The position numbers and the translations under genes were made by a program. From positions 62,001 through 126,000 of the forward strand of contig NIVC01001048.1 in assembly GCA_002269645.1 (NCBI GenBank): a DNA stretch of 64,000 nucleotides. The letters are read 5' to 3'. Origin of the DNA: Macrostomum lignano (Eukaryota). Every line of letters starts with the position of its first letter. The stretch's first letter is position 1. Below the pieces are notes generated by a model. It searched no databases, had not been told where the DNA came from, and saw nothing but the letters and a program-made list of their open reading frames with translations. Shown here piece by piece: positions 48,689 to 61,767 of the stretch.

Positions 48689-51600
48689 TTACAGCTCAGT
48701 AAACTCCAGCTTATAGCTGGGCAGATGCCGGATAAGCACAAGCAGGTGCTCAGGATCCACGTAGTCCAGCAGGGCCTGAGCTCGAGTCGCCTGGTCAACA
48801 ATCTTGCCGCCGCCGGAAGCGGAGCAGTCGTCGGTCTCCAAACGGAAGTCGAAGCGTTGCATCAGGCTGACGAAAAAGATGAAAAGCTCCATGCGAGCCA
48901 GACTCTCGCCAAGGCAGGCCCGCTTGCCCGCCCCGAATTGGATCAGGCGCTGGCTGGCCTGCCGGTATGGGAGATTTTAATTGGTGAAATGCTTGCATTT
49001 CTACTGCTAGTAGTGTACTCTGGATAGTACATGTCGCGGAAATGCAGAGCTTACTCACTGTTATCTAAGCTACTTCGCATTTTAACTTTCTTCACTCATA
49101 TCTAGTTTTACCTTATTCGTATATCTTATCTCAATTTATTCCTAATCTCACTGCACTGAAGTCTCACCTCAATCATATTTGAATTTAAGTTCAGATCACC
49201 AGTGTATAATCTCACCCCACCAATATCTAATTTCACCCCAAAAATTCTAATCTAATCTCACCCCAAAAATTCTCATCTTATCTCACCAATATCTAATCTT
49301 ACCCCACTAACATCTAATCCCACCCCACTAAGTCTAATCCCACCCACTAACATCTAATCCCACCCCACTAACATCTAATCCCACCCCACTAAGTCTAATC
49401 CCACCCACTAACATCTAATCCCACCCCACAAACATTTAATCTCACCTCATCAATATCTATTCTCTTCCGACCAATATCTAATCTCACCTCACCAATATCC
49501 AATCTTACATCGAAAAACTAATCTCACCTCACCAATATCCAATCTCACATCGAAAATCTAATCTCACCTCACCAATATCCAATCTCACTTCGAAAATCTA
49601 ATCTCACCTCACCAATATATAATCTCACATCGAAAATCTATTCTCACCTTACCAATATCCAATCTCACTCCGACCATCGATAATCTCACCTGGAACCGGC
49701 TTTCAGAGTCCAGATAGCGCTCCGGTTTAAAGCAGTCGGGCTCAGGGAACTGGTCCGGGTCGCGGTGAATATAGTACATATTGTACATCATATAGCTATT
49801 AGCTGGAATCTTATATCCGGCAACTTGAATGTCGGCAGTAACCCAGTGAGTTAAGCCGTTAGTAACCAGGCTAGCCAATCGTTGAACCTCTTCCAGAGTA
49901 GCCATTGTGTAGTGCAGCTTGGCCTTGTCAGCCATGCACACGCGGCCCTGGACACCCAGGTGTTGTCTGATCTCCTCTCTAACCTTACTGGCAACTCTGG
50001 GTTAGCCAGCATGTAGATTAGCGCCCAGCGCAGGTAGTGGTTGTTGTCTCTGTGCCAGCTAGAAACAGGTCAAGGATGGCCATGCCAAGTCGCTTGTTGG
50101 TGAACAGGTCTGTGGGATAGGGCGTACTCGCGGATCTGAATGTGGGCCACCTGAAGGGCCTGAATGAAACTAGCTTTGTACCTGAAGGATCTAAATGAAG
50201 TCACCTGAAGTACCTCAGTGAAGTCACCTGAAGGATCTGAATGAAGTCACCTGAAGTACCTCAGTAAAGTCACCTGAAGCACCTCAGTGAAGTCACCTGA
50301 AGCACCTAAGTGAAGTCACCTGAAGCACCTCAGTGAAGTCACCTGAAGTACCTCAGTGAAGTCACCTGAAGTACCTCAGTGAAGTCACCTGAAGTACCTT
50401 AGTGAAGTCACCTGAAGTACCTCAGTGAAGTCACCTGAAGTACCTCAGTGAAGTCACCTAAATTACCTCAGTGAAGTCACCTGAAGTACCTCAGTGAAGT
50501 CACCTGAAGTACCTCAGTGAAGTCACCTGAAGTACCTCAGTGAAGTCACCTGAAGTACCTCAGTGAAGTCACCTGAAGTACCTCAGAGAAGTCACCTGAA
50601 GTACCTCAGTGAAGTCACCTGAAGTACCTCAGTGAAGTCACCTGAAGTACCTCAGTGAAGTCATCTGAAGTAAGTATCTGAATGAAGTTACCTGAATAAG
50701 GTCACCTGTAGGATCTGAATGAAGCCACCTAAAGTACCTGCATAAGGTCACCTGTAGGATCTGAATGAAGCCACCTAAAGTACCTGCATAAGGTCACCTG
50801 TAGGATCTGAATGAAGCCACCTGAAGTATCTGAATAAGGTCACCTCAAGTATCTGAATGAAGCCACCTGAAGTATCTGAATAAGGTCACCTAAAGTATCT
50901 GAATGAAGCCACCTGAAGTATCTGAATAAGTTCACCTCAAGTATCTGAATGAAGCCACCTGAAGTATCTGAATGAAGTCACCCGAAGTATCTGAATGAAG
51001 TCACCTGAAGTATCTGAATGAAGCCACCTGAAGTATCTGAATGAAGCCACCTGAAGTATCTGAATAAGGTCACCTAAAGTATCTGAATGAAGCCACCTGA
51101 AGTATCTGAATAAGGTCACCTCAAGTATCTGAATGAAGCCACCTGAAGTATCTGAATGAAGCCACCTGAAGTATCTGAATAAGGTCACTTCAAGTATCTG
51201 AATGAAGTCACCTGAAGTATCTGAATGAAGTCACCTGAAGTATCTGAATGAAGTCACCTGAAGTATCTGAATGAAGCCACCTGAAGTATCTGAATGAAGT
51301 CACCTGAAGTATCTGAATGAAGTCACCTGAAGTATCTGAATGAAGCCACCTGAAGTATCTGAATAAGGTCACCTAAAGTATCTGAATGAAGCCACCTGAA
51401 GTATCTGAATAAGGTCACTTCAAGTATCTGAATGAAGTCACCTGAAGTATCTGAATGAAGTCACCTGAAGTATCTGAATGAAGTCACCTGAAGTATCTGA
51501 ATGAAGCCACCTGAAGTATCTGAATGAAGTCACCTGAAGTATCTGAATGAAGCCACCTGAAGTATCTGAATGAAGCCACCTGAAGTATCTGAATAAGGTC

Positions 51601-54600
51601 ACCTAAAGTATCTGAATGAAGTCACCTGAAGTATCTGAATAAGGTCACCTCAAGTATCTGAATGAAGCCACCTGAAGTATCTGAATGAAGCCACCTGAAG
51701 TATCTAAATAAGGTCACTTCAAGTATCTGAATGAAGCCACCTGAAGTATCTGAATGAAGCCACCTGAAGTATCTGAATAAGGTCACCTAAAGTATCTGAA
51801 TGAAGCCACCTGAAGTATCTGAATAAGGTCACCTCAAGTATCTGAATGAAGCCACCTGAAGTATCTGAATGAAGCCACCTGAAGTATCTGAATAAGGTCA
51901 CTTCAAGTATCTGAATGAAGTCACCTGAAGTATCTGAATGAAGTCACCTGAAGTATCTGAATGAAGCCACCTGAAGTATCTGAATGAAGTCACCTGAAGT
52001 ATCTGAATGAAGTCACCTGAAGTATCTGAATGAAGTCACCTGAAGTATCTGAATGAAGTCACCTGAAGTATCTGAATAAGGTCACCTGAAGTATCTGAAT
52101 GAAGTCACCTGAAGTATCTGAATGAAGCCACCTGAAGTATCTGAATGAAGTCACCTGAAGTATCTGAATGAAGTCACGTGAAGTATCTGAATGAAGTCAC
52201 CTGAAGTATCTGAATGAAGTTACCTGAAGTATCTGAATGAAGTCACCTGAAGTATCTGAATGAAGTCACCTGAAGTATCTGAATGAAGTCACCTGAAGTA
52301 TCTGAATGAAGCCACCTGAAGTATCTGAATGAAGTCACCTGAAGTATCTGAATGAAGTCACCTGAAGTATCTGAATGAAGTCACCTGAAGTATCTGAATG
52401 AAGTCACCTGAAGTATCTGAATGAAGTCACCTGAAGTATCTGAATGAAGTCACCTGAAGTATCTGAATGAAGTTACCAGAAAGATGTTAAAACTGAACGA
52501 AGCTACGAGATCTGAATGAGATTAGCTGAAAGGCAAGCACGAGACAAAAAACCTTAACCTGAAGGAGCTGGATCCGAACCAGAAACCATCACTTATCAAT
52601 ATTCATTTCACCTACCAGCTCCGTTGTCGTCAGTCTGCTGATTGAGCTGCTGGTGCTTCAGGTGCGCCTCGATGTAGTCGCGAGCTTCAGAGAATCCCGC
52701 CTCGGGCATTTCAGCAGCGTGGGCTTCCACCTGGTTGTTGATTAGGAAATGATGGTGATTTAATGGCTGAAAAACAGGTGCGCGCCGGCCCAGCATCCGA
52801 GGATCTGGGAGGCTGGTGGCCCAGCAACTGAGGATCTGGGAGGCTGGTGGCCCAGCAACTGAGGATCTGGGAGGCTGGTGGCAGTGGCGTAGGCAAGGGG
52901 GGGATATGGGGATGTATCCCCCCCGTGGGCCTGGTTGGTGGGTGTAAGAAATTACTAAATCTAAGGTTTGTATTCAATACTGATACTGATGTGATTACTG
53001 TACTGTTAGTGTTATTAATTTTGTCGATATATACTACATTTGATTCTTACAGCTGAACGGAATTCTAATCCAAAAACTGTCTAATAATATAACATGAATT
53101 TGAAAGATACGAGTAGCACAATAAAAATTCCTTCCTAGTTTTGCCTCTGCCTCTGGCTTAGTCTTGGAAAAGAGTGTGAGGCTCAGGAGAGAGGAAGAGA
53201 GTCAGAGTGTGGGACTGAGGGGTGAGGGCAGGGTAGTTGGTTGTACGCTCGTATATGTACATTGTGATTGTACATCCTATATACGACCCCTATATGTACA
53301 TCTTCAGTTCTTCACCCTCCCGAGTCCCAGGCCCAAGGCCCAACCCCCCGCCAAGTGAAATATACTTTAGCTTAACCACCATAGTATTCTGGAGGCACTG
53401 ACTATAGTATACGCTCGTAGTATGGCTCTACCTCCAACAAAACAATCAAAGATAGATCGATTTTTTTCTCGCAACAATCGCTGCACAGCCAGAACTCATC
53501 TGTACCTGTATCTACTACAAGGTCAACTACAGAAATAACGACTACTGCTACTGTTTGTGCTATCTCTGGTTTACATGGAGATGGAAATGCAGAGTACATA
53601 GGCCCGGACTCTGTCCCTGTTGCTGCTCCTGCTTTGGAAGTGTTGCCTGTGAGTGTAAATTCTCTCTCCACCTAAGCCGCCACCACCTTCCACTGAGATT
53701 GCTGCTCCAGATATCTACGATGCTGTGCAGCTTCGAATGCAAGGCAAGCTATCTGCTGAACATTGTCGCTTTTTCATGAAAGAAGTACTGAACGTTTCTG
53801 AGAGCTACAAGCTTCTTTCACTCAGGGAACACGGCAGAAGTATAGGCTACACCATTATCATCTCAATGGAGTGAATAGCTGTTTCTACTTTTCACCAAAG
53901 CAGCAGGGAGTCTTCAGTCTACCTTGTGTACTTTTTGCACCCTCAACTGGCATTGGTGAGAGAAACAAACAAGAGCTTGGTCAGCTCGTAACAACACCAG
54001 CTACCAACTTCAAGAAGATTACGGAGATTTACACTAAGCATCGTAATTGTCACTACCACCAGCAGGCATGTGATACATTCCGCCAGGTTGAATTGCAAGC
54101 AGCCACAAATGCTGCTGATGTGTCAGCGCAAATGAAGACATCAGCTAGTGTAGCCCTACTGGATAACCAGTATATATTTGAGGCTGTCATCCAGGCAATC
54201 GAATACCTTGGGCGCACAAACCAGGGTCTGCGTGGCCATCGTGAAGATGCAGGAAGATTAAAGGTTCCCGACGGACGTGAACATGTCGATTACACACAAG
54301 GAAATTTGCGAGCTCTTCTTCAGAGAGATGCTGTCAAAGATAAAAAAACTAGCAAGTCTCCTGGAGAGTAGACCTCTCAATTCCACTGGCCTTTCACCTG
54401 CCGTACAAAATAGGCTAATAGACTGCATTAACACTGTAATGACTCGCGCAGTTGTTCAGCCAATTAAATCGTTCTATGCCATTATTGTCGACGGAACAAG
54501 TGATATTTCACGTTCTGAGCAACTCTCAATCACGATTCGCTATGTCAACAACGATGGAGATGTTCAAGAGCGCTTTGTTGGCTTTGTAGAACTAAAGGAA

Positions 54601-57600
54601 CAAGATGCTCCTGCAATTGTTGATGCCATTGATGCAAAGCTGGAGCTCTTGCAACTGGACAAGTCACTTCTTGTTGCGCAAGGCTACGACGGTGCTTCGG
54701 TTGAGTGCTGAAGGTGGTGTTCAAGGTCGAATTCGAAGAACATGCCCTAATGCTATCTACATCCACTGCTACAGTCACTGTCTCAATCTTTGCACCAGGG
54801 CAACAGTAGACAGCAAGCGAGGCATTCGGGAACTGAAGAGTGTGTATGCCACACTTGATGCTGCATCCAAGCACTTCTCGCATTCAGCAGTCAGGACAAA
54901 AAAGTTTGCTGAACTTGTCGCGGCTAAGCAGAGTGATGCCACACAGACAGAGCGCCTCAAGATGCGATTGAAGCCATTCTGCCCAACACGGTTTGTGGAC
55001 AGTATAGATTGCGTCTGACTTTCTGGCGGTCTTTGATGTGGCTGCAGAGTACTTTTATTCTGCGGACCTGTCTGTGTACAACAACATCGTCAACGCAGTG
55101 ACTATCGTTGGCATTCATGTCCTTCAAGCACTGCTCGGTTCAATGCGTGGTCTTTCAGTCGTACTTCAGGCAAGTGCTTCTATCATATTTATGGAAATTT
55201 GATTTTTAATTGCTCTTTTGGAATTAACTGATTGCTCTTTGTTAGTTCTGAAGCTACTTTTTGTATATTAAAGTTGCTTTAAGTTTAATTAGTTAAGTAA
55301 GGGAATAGAAAATTAGTTAGTTTTTATAATTAACTTTGCCCTTCACTGAAGGGTGGGTGTTGGATTGTCGGTCTGTTAGATAGATAGAACCATGCAAATT
55401 GCAAAATGTTACGCATTATGATATGCCTGCACGATGTCAAGTTCATGTCATATTAATATTTATGATTTTTTGTATGTGCATTTGGCTAATCTCATTTTCA
55501 ACTTTTTTCATCGCAGGGGAAGGCCATGGACCTCATCGTTGCTAGCGAGGAGGCTGATCGAGTTCTCCAACTTCTAAGGACTTGGCGAAGTGACAGTTCG
55601 GATTCAAAATTCAAAGAGCTGTTTGAAGCTGCCGACAGACTTCATAAGCGACACAATGACGATCAGCCAATTCCGAATAAGTACAGAGCACTTCCTTCGC
55701 AGCGCAGCCAACATCGCAGCAATGCACATAGTGGTGGTGCTTTTGAGAACTTTAAAGTGAATGTCTGGTATCCTGCACTGGATCTCGTCATTTCCGAGCT
55801 CAGTGAGCGCTTTTCAAGATCAACCAAGATTGCCATGAAAATGACCAAGCTTTTACCCGCCAACTGCGTCAATGCAGATGCCACTCTGGCTGCAACGGAG
55901 GCATTCAACGAGTACAGCTTCTTTCTGGAGCCAGTCGCAATATGCTTAGCTGAATTTGAACGCTGGCAAGCATTCTGTAAGAGCCTGCCATCAGCTGAGC
56001 GAAGTACCATGACCATCTCCGTCTCTCCGACACAATCAAGCGCTGCAATAAGGGTCTTTGGGCAAACATCCATGACCTACTGACGATCTTTCTCACTATC
56101 CCAGTGACAACTTGCACAGCTGAAAGATCATTTAGTATGCTTCGTCTTTTGAAGACCCATACCAGGTCAACCATGGGTGAGAGCCGGCTGAACGGACTTG
56201 CAATGCTGTCAGTGCACAAAGACATTCAACTGCCATACAAGCGTGTGATTGAGGAATACTCACGGCGTTTTGACACTCGCCTGCGGCTGTTGTAATTGTA
56301 ATTGTGAACTCTTTACTGTGTCAGACTGCCAGTTTGTTGTTTTTATTTAGCATATTGCTCTACAGCTCTAAAATATATTGGTGCTACATTGATTAGAAAG
56401 CAAAATATTGTTGAAAAGCTAAATTGATACATTGGAAAGCATAGTGCATGCTAGTGCAGCAAGTAAAAAACGATTTTCATTTACTCAAGCATTCAGAAAG
56501 AATTTTTTCTATTTTTTTCACTAAATTGTGCGATTTTCATCGAATTAGAAACTTGACTGGCTGTTCATAGCTACCTATCACCTACATATTTGATTTACGG
56601 CACTTTTCTTGTGAACTGTCATTGGGCCAGCAAGCTGTACAAGTAGCAGCAGCTTTACTCATTTATATCCTTGCATCCCCCCCCCGTGAGAAATTCCTGG
56701 CTACGCCCCTGGCTGGTGGCCCAGCAACTGAGGATCCGGGAGGCTGGTGGCCCAGCAACTGAGGATCTGGGAGGCTGGTGGCCCAGCAACTGAGGATCTG
56801 GGAGGCTGGCGGCTCAGCAACTGAGGATCTGGGAGGCTGGTGGCCCAGCAACTGAGGATCTGGGAGGCTGGTGGCCCAGCAACTGAGGATCTGGGAGGCT
56901 GGTGGCCCAGCAACTGAGGATCTGGGAGGCTGGTGGCCCAGCAACTGAGGATCCGGGAGGCTGGTGGCCCAGCAACTGAGGATCTGGGAGGCTGGTGGCC
57001 CAGCAACTGAGGATCTGGGAGGCTGGTGGCTCAGCAACTGAGGATCTGGGTGGCTGGTGGCCCAGCAAATGAGGATCTGGGAGGCTGGTGGCCCAGCAAC
57101 TGAGGATCTGGGAGGCTGGTGGCCCAGCAACTGAGGATCTGGGTGGCTGGTGGCCCAGCAAATGAGGATCTGGGAGGCTGGTGGCCCAGCAACTGAGGAT
57201 CTGGGAGGCTGGTGGCCCAGCAACTGAGGATCTGGGAGGCTGGCAGTGGCTCAGCAACTGAGGATCTGTGTGGCTGGTGGCCCAGCAACTGAGGATCTGG
57301 GAGGAAATTGCAAATTTCGGCAGCAGAAACTGCCAATTGCTGTCACAAAAAAGCAACAGTTCAGACCTGCTGCTGGCAGAAGTCGAGCAGGTAGTTCATT
57401 TTCTCGATGATGCCTTGCATACCGGGCAGCTTCAGCAGCAGCCTCATCAATGGCGTGCACCTGCTGCTGATCGGCAGGAACGCCAGCGCCTTGAAATTCT
57501 CTTCCTGAAAACGCGGATTTGCCGTGAACTCGTTGAAAGCGTCCAGGATGCGCTCGAACTCGGGATTATCCGAGGCCAGCCGGCTGCCGAATACCAGCTG

Positions 57601-58550
57601 GCAGATGACGTTCGAGACGCTGCGCCCGAGCACCAGGTTGACGTCGATGGCTTCGCTGCCGCCTCGGGTGGCGATCTCGGAGCACAGCTCCTCAGCCTCC
57701 AGCGAGATGCAGTGCTCGGCGCCGCGCCGGCCGAGTCCGAAATCGCGCAGAGTATGCAGAGTGAACCGGCGGTACTGCTTCCACAGCTCACCGTCTGTGC
57801 CAACCAGGCCTACGGGGCATTGTGGGGTGCTATGCTCGATCCTGATTGGCTGTGGCGCTCTGGCTTGTTACTATAAACTACTCTTTGCAGCGATGCTCGA
57901 TTCTGATTGGCTGCGGCGCTCTGGCCTGTCCCTACGTACCTCTTGCCGCGATGCTCGATTTTGATTTGCTGCGGCCCTCAGCTGGCTTGTCTCTACCAAA
58001 CTACTCTTTGCAGCGATGCTCGATTTTGATTGGCTGCGGCCCTCAGCTGGCTTGTCTCTACCAAACTACTCTTTGCAGCGATGCTCGATTCTGATTGGCT
58101 GCGGCCCTCAGCTGGCTTGTCTCTACCAAACTACTCTTTGCAGCGATGCTCGATTCTGATTGGCTGTGGCCTTGTGACCCTCCTGCCCACTCCCCGTCGT
58201 GTTGTCAAAAAACGAGACTCACCCCCATTGCTACCAATGAGAAGTTCGATCGGTTTTTGAGTGACCCGACCGCTCAAAGCTTCGGCATTATCAACCATAG
58301 CCTCTCGAAAAGCGGCATAACTATTCAGATAGTACATCCTGGTTGGGCCGAGAAAGAACAGCACAAGATGGTCGCGAGCAAATCTCTCCGACATAAATCG
58401 GTACAGAGGTCGTTCTAGGTAACGAAAACTACCAATTATAGGATCGGAGCCGGGACACGGCGGATCCGACTTCTGTGGTTTAGTCAGCCGGTAGAGATAG
58501 CCGAAGAGAAGAACTCCGGCTGAGTCAATTAGCACTACTGGCAGTAGCAT
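48689..58550 (-). CDS. Cytochrome P450, CYP2 clan, ~525 aa, 5 exons
   Basis: Exons 58550-58223, 57809-57367, 52730-52616, 50109-49690, 48958-48689; TM + [53 protein letters not shown]; exon 4 needs two +1 corrections (~50033 and ~49995). Confidence 0.9.
49210..49690. repeat. Degenerate ~20/40-bp tandem repeats in CYP intron 4
   Basis: CCCACTAACATCTAATCCCA and AATCTCACCTCACCAATATCC units. Confidence 0.85.
50185..52475. repeat. 23-bp minisatellite, ~100 copies, two sub-arrays, in CYP intron 3
   Basis: CACCTGAAGTACCTCAGTGAAGT (50200-50660), then CACCTGAAGTATCTGAATGAAGT. Confidence 0.97.
52787..52881. repeat. 31-bp minisatellite (GGCCCAGCAACTGAGGATCTGGGAGGCTGGT)n, left part; continues 56712-57302
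   Basis: Same unit on both sides of the hAT insertion in CYP intron 2. Confidence 0.93.
52882..56711 (+). mobile_element. 3830-bp hAT DNA transposon (ZMYM1/THAP12-like transposase)
   Basis: TIRs CAGTGGCGTAG / CTACGCCCCTG; perfect 8-bp TSD GCTGGTGG at 52874-52881 and 56712-56719. Confidence 0.93.
53871..56295 (+). pseudogene. hAT transposase with ~4 frameshifts and one intron (55170-55516)
   Basis: Degenerate TTF-type zinc finger ([17 protein letters not shown]); DUF4371-like [15 protein letters not shown]; [15 protein letters not shown]; QGYDGAS; HCYSHCLNL; PTRF; h[38 protein letters not shown]. Confidence 0.88.
56712..57302. repeat. 31-bp minisatellite, right part (~19 copies)
   Basis: Period read directly. 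Confidence 0.97.
57830..58168. repeat. 65-bp tandem repeat (~5 copies) in CYP intron 1
   Basis: CGATT at 58021 and 58086 gives period 65; each unit contains GATTGGCT. Confidence 0.9.
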
Positions 58551-58644
58551 GATGCAGCTCACGTTTTTTGAAAAAAAAGCAGAAACGTAAATTCAACATG
58601 GTAGCTATTTTAGCGACTAAAGTAGAGTTGACTAGCAAATAGTC

Positions 58645-60815
58645 AGGAGCCGATGTGTACACCTCGATTGAGCTAGGAGTTCTGTCAGGAGCTGGTGTGT
58701 ACACCTGGATTGAGCTAGGAACTGGTCAGGAGAGCTGGTGTGTACACTTGGATTGAGCTAGGAGCTGGTCAGAAGAGCTGGTGTGTACACCTGAATTGAG
58801 CTAGTAGTTCTATCAGGAGATGGTGTGTACACCTGGACTGAGCTAGGAGTTCTATCAGGAGAGCTGGTGTGTACACCTGAATTGAGCTAGTAGTTCTATC
58901 AGGAGATGGTGTGTACACCTGGACTGAGCTAGGAGTTCTATCAGGAGCCGGTGTGTACACCTGGTCTGAGCTAGGAGTTCTATCAGGAGATGGTGTGTAC
59001 ACCTGAATTGAGCTAGTAGTTCTATCAGGAGATGGTGTGTACACCTGGACTGAGCTAGGAGTTCTATCAGGAGCCGGTGTGTACACCTGGACTGAGCTAG
59101 GAGTTCTATCAGGAGATGGTGTGTACACCTGAATTGAGCTAGTAGTTCTATCAGGAGCCGGTGTGTACACCTGGACTGAGCTAGGAGTTCTATCAGGAGA
59201 TGGTGTGTACACCTGAATTGAGCTAGTAGTTCTATCAGGAGATGGTGTGTACACCTGGACTGAGCTAGGAGTTCTATCAGGAGCCGGTGTGTACACCTGG
59301 ACTGAGCTAGGAGTTCTATCAGGAGCCGGTGTGTACACCTGGACTGAGCTAGGAGTTCTATCAGGAGAGCTGGTGTGTACACCTGGACTGAGCTAGGAGT
59401 TCTATCAGGAGATGGTGTGTACACCTGAATTGAGCTAGTAGTTCTATCAGGAGCCGGTGTGTACACCTGGACTGAGCTAGGAGTTCTATCAGGAGATGGT
59501 GTGTACACCTGAATTGAGCTAGTAGTTCTATCAGGAGATGGTGTGTACACCTGGACTGAGCTAGGAGTTCTATCAGGAGCCGGTGTGTACACCTGGACTG
59601 AGCTAGGAGTTCTATCAGGAGCCGGTGTGTACACCTGGACTGAGCTAGGAGTTCTATCAGGAGCCGGTGTGTACACCTGGACTGAGCTAGGAGTTCTATC
59701 AGGAGCCGGTGTGTACACCTGGACTGAGCTAGGAGTTCTATCAGGAGCCGGTGTGTACACCTGGACTGAGCTAGGAGTTCTATCAGGAGCCGGTGTGTAC
59801 ACCTGGACTGAGCTAGGAGTTCTATCAGGAGCCGGTGTGTACACCTGGACTGAGCTAGGAGTTCTATCAGGAGCCGGTGTGTACACCTGGACTGAGCTAG
59901 GAGTTCTATCAGGAGCCGGTGTGTACACCTGGACTGAGCTAGGAGTTCTATCAGGAGCCGGTGTGTACACCTGGACTGAGCTAGGAGTTCTATCAGGAGC
60001 CGGTGTGTACACCTGGACTGAGCTAGGAGTTCTATCAGGAGCCGGTGTGTACACCTGGACTGAGCTAGGAGTTCTATCAGGAGCCGGTGTGTACACCTGG
60101 ACTGAGCTAGGAGTTCTATCAGGAGCCGGTGTGTACACCTGGACTGAGCTAGGAGTTCTATCAGGAGAGCTGGTGTGTACACCTGGACTGAGCTAGGAGT
60201 TCTATCAGGAGCCGGTGTGTACACCTGGACTGAGCTAGGAGTTCTATCAGGAGCCGGTGTGTACACCTGGACTGAGCTAGGAGTTCTATCAGGAGCCGGT
60301 GTGTACACCTGGACTGAGCTAGGAGTTCTATCAGGAGCCGGTGTGTACACCTGGACTGAGCTAGGAGTTCTATCAGGAGCCGGTGTGTACACCTGGACTG
60401 AGCTAGGAGTTCTATCAGGAGAGCTGGTGTGTACACCTGGACTGAGCTAGGAGTTCTATCAGGAGCCGGTGTGTACACCTGGACTGAGCTAGGAGTTCTA
60501 TCAGGAGCCGGTGTGTACACCTGGACTGAGCTAGGAGTTCTATCAGGAGCCGGTGTGTACACCTGGACTGAGCTAGGAGTTCTATCAGGAGCCGGTGTGT
60601 ACACCTGGACTGAGCTAGGAGTTCTATCAGGAGCCGGTGTGTACACCTGGACTGAGCTAGGAGTTCTATCAGGAGCCGGTGTGTACACCTGGACTGAGCT
60701 AGGAGTTCTATCAGGAGAGCTGGTGTGTACACCTGGACTGAGCTAGGAGTTCTATCAGGAGCCGGTGTGTACAACTCGATTGAGCTAGGAGTTCTATCAG
60801 GAGCCGGTGTGTACT
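58645..60815. repeat. 42-bp minisatellite, ~51 copies, immediately upstream of the CYP start
   Basis: Unit GTGTGTACACCTGGACTGAGCTAGGAGTTCTATCAGGAGCCG; occasional 43-bp variants. Confidence 0.98.
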
Positions 60816-61767
60816 TGTCCGGGAAAAATTGTTGACAGTCTGGCAATAATTTAGGCTTGTATCAATTTGATGCATTTGCATTCAATTATTGGATTTGATG
60901 AAATGAAATTAATGAAAAAAGAATGCCAATAAAAGTTCAAATCGAGTATATGTACGAATACGATTATATATATATATATAGAGGACTTAAGCATACTTGT
61001 TAACTGACAGCTGATTATATAAGATAATACTATATTTAAACGGTGCTTGCATTTAGAAAATTTGTGGCAAATTATCGATCGGGGCCTGAAATCTGTCGCC
61101 TCGCAGCTCAGTTAAATCGTGTTGTTATTGGTTGAGCTAAATGCACCACAATTATCCATTGATTATATTCAATAATTGGTTGTTAGGTTAGTTAAATTTA
61201 CGACTACACAGTATACACAAAAAGTATGCAATTAATTACACATCGGAGCGAACGAGGTGCCAGTTTTAAATGTTTACATGAACAATACATGCCATAGGCC
61301 TTGCACACGGAGCAGAAAAGGAGTAACAGCAAAAAAATACAGCGGTTTTAATTTCAAGTGCCAATGATAATTAATGTTAATTAATCGACCATTGGGGAAT
61401 TATAAAAACTAAAGAAAAAAGAAGAATCAGTTTTTGTTCATTCTATGCTATTAATAAGCAAATAAAAGCAGTGTTTACAAACAAGTAAGTTGACACAAAT
61501 ATATATAGAAATATATAAACACGCGGGGCAGCCTCAGAGTTCGCGTGGAGCAGGACTAGGTTAAAAAATGTTACAATGAAAATTACAATAAGATTATAAA
61601 CATTCAATACAATTGCCATCTCTGATTCCGACAAGATGCTTCAAATAACAAGATATGTCACGAGCAAAAATGCGCTCATTTACTTTTCTCAGTAGCAAAA
61701 TTAGCGTTTTTCTGTCTTTATCTTAGTAGAATAAAAATTATTTGGCTGGGCACCAGATCGGGACTGC

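Noticed and set aside
1610-60846. Long ORFs with repeating peptides (EGRHNTL, SPYR, ESGYILTT, GVYTWTELGVLSGA, QILSCWA, etc.)
   Set aside because: All are translations of tandem arrays, open in several frames, and some lie in introns.
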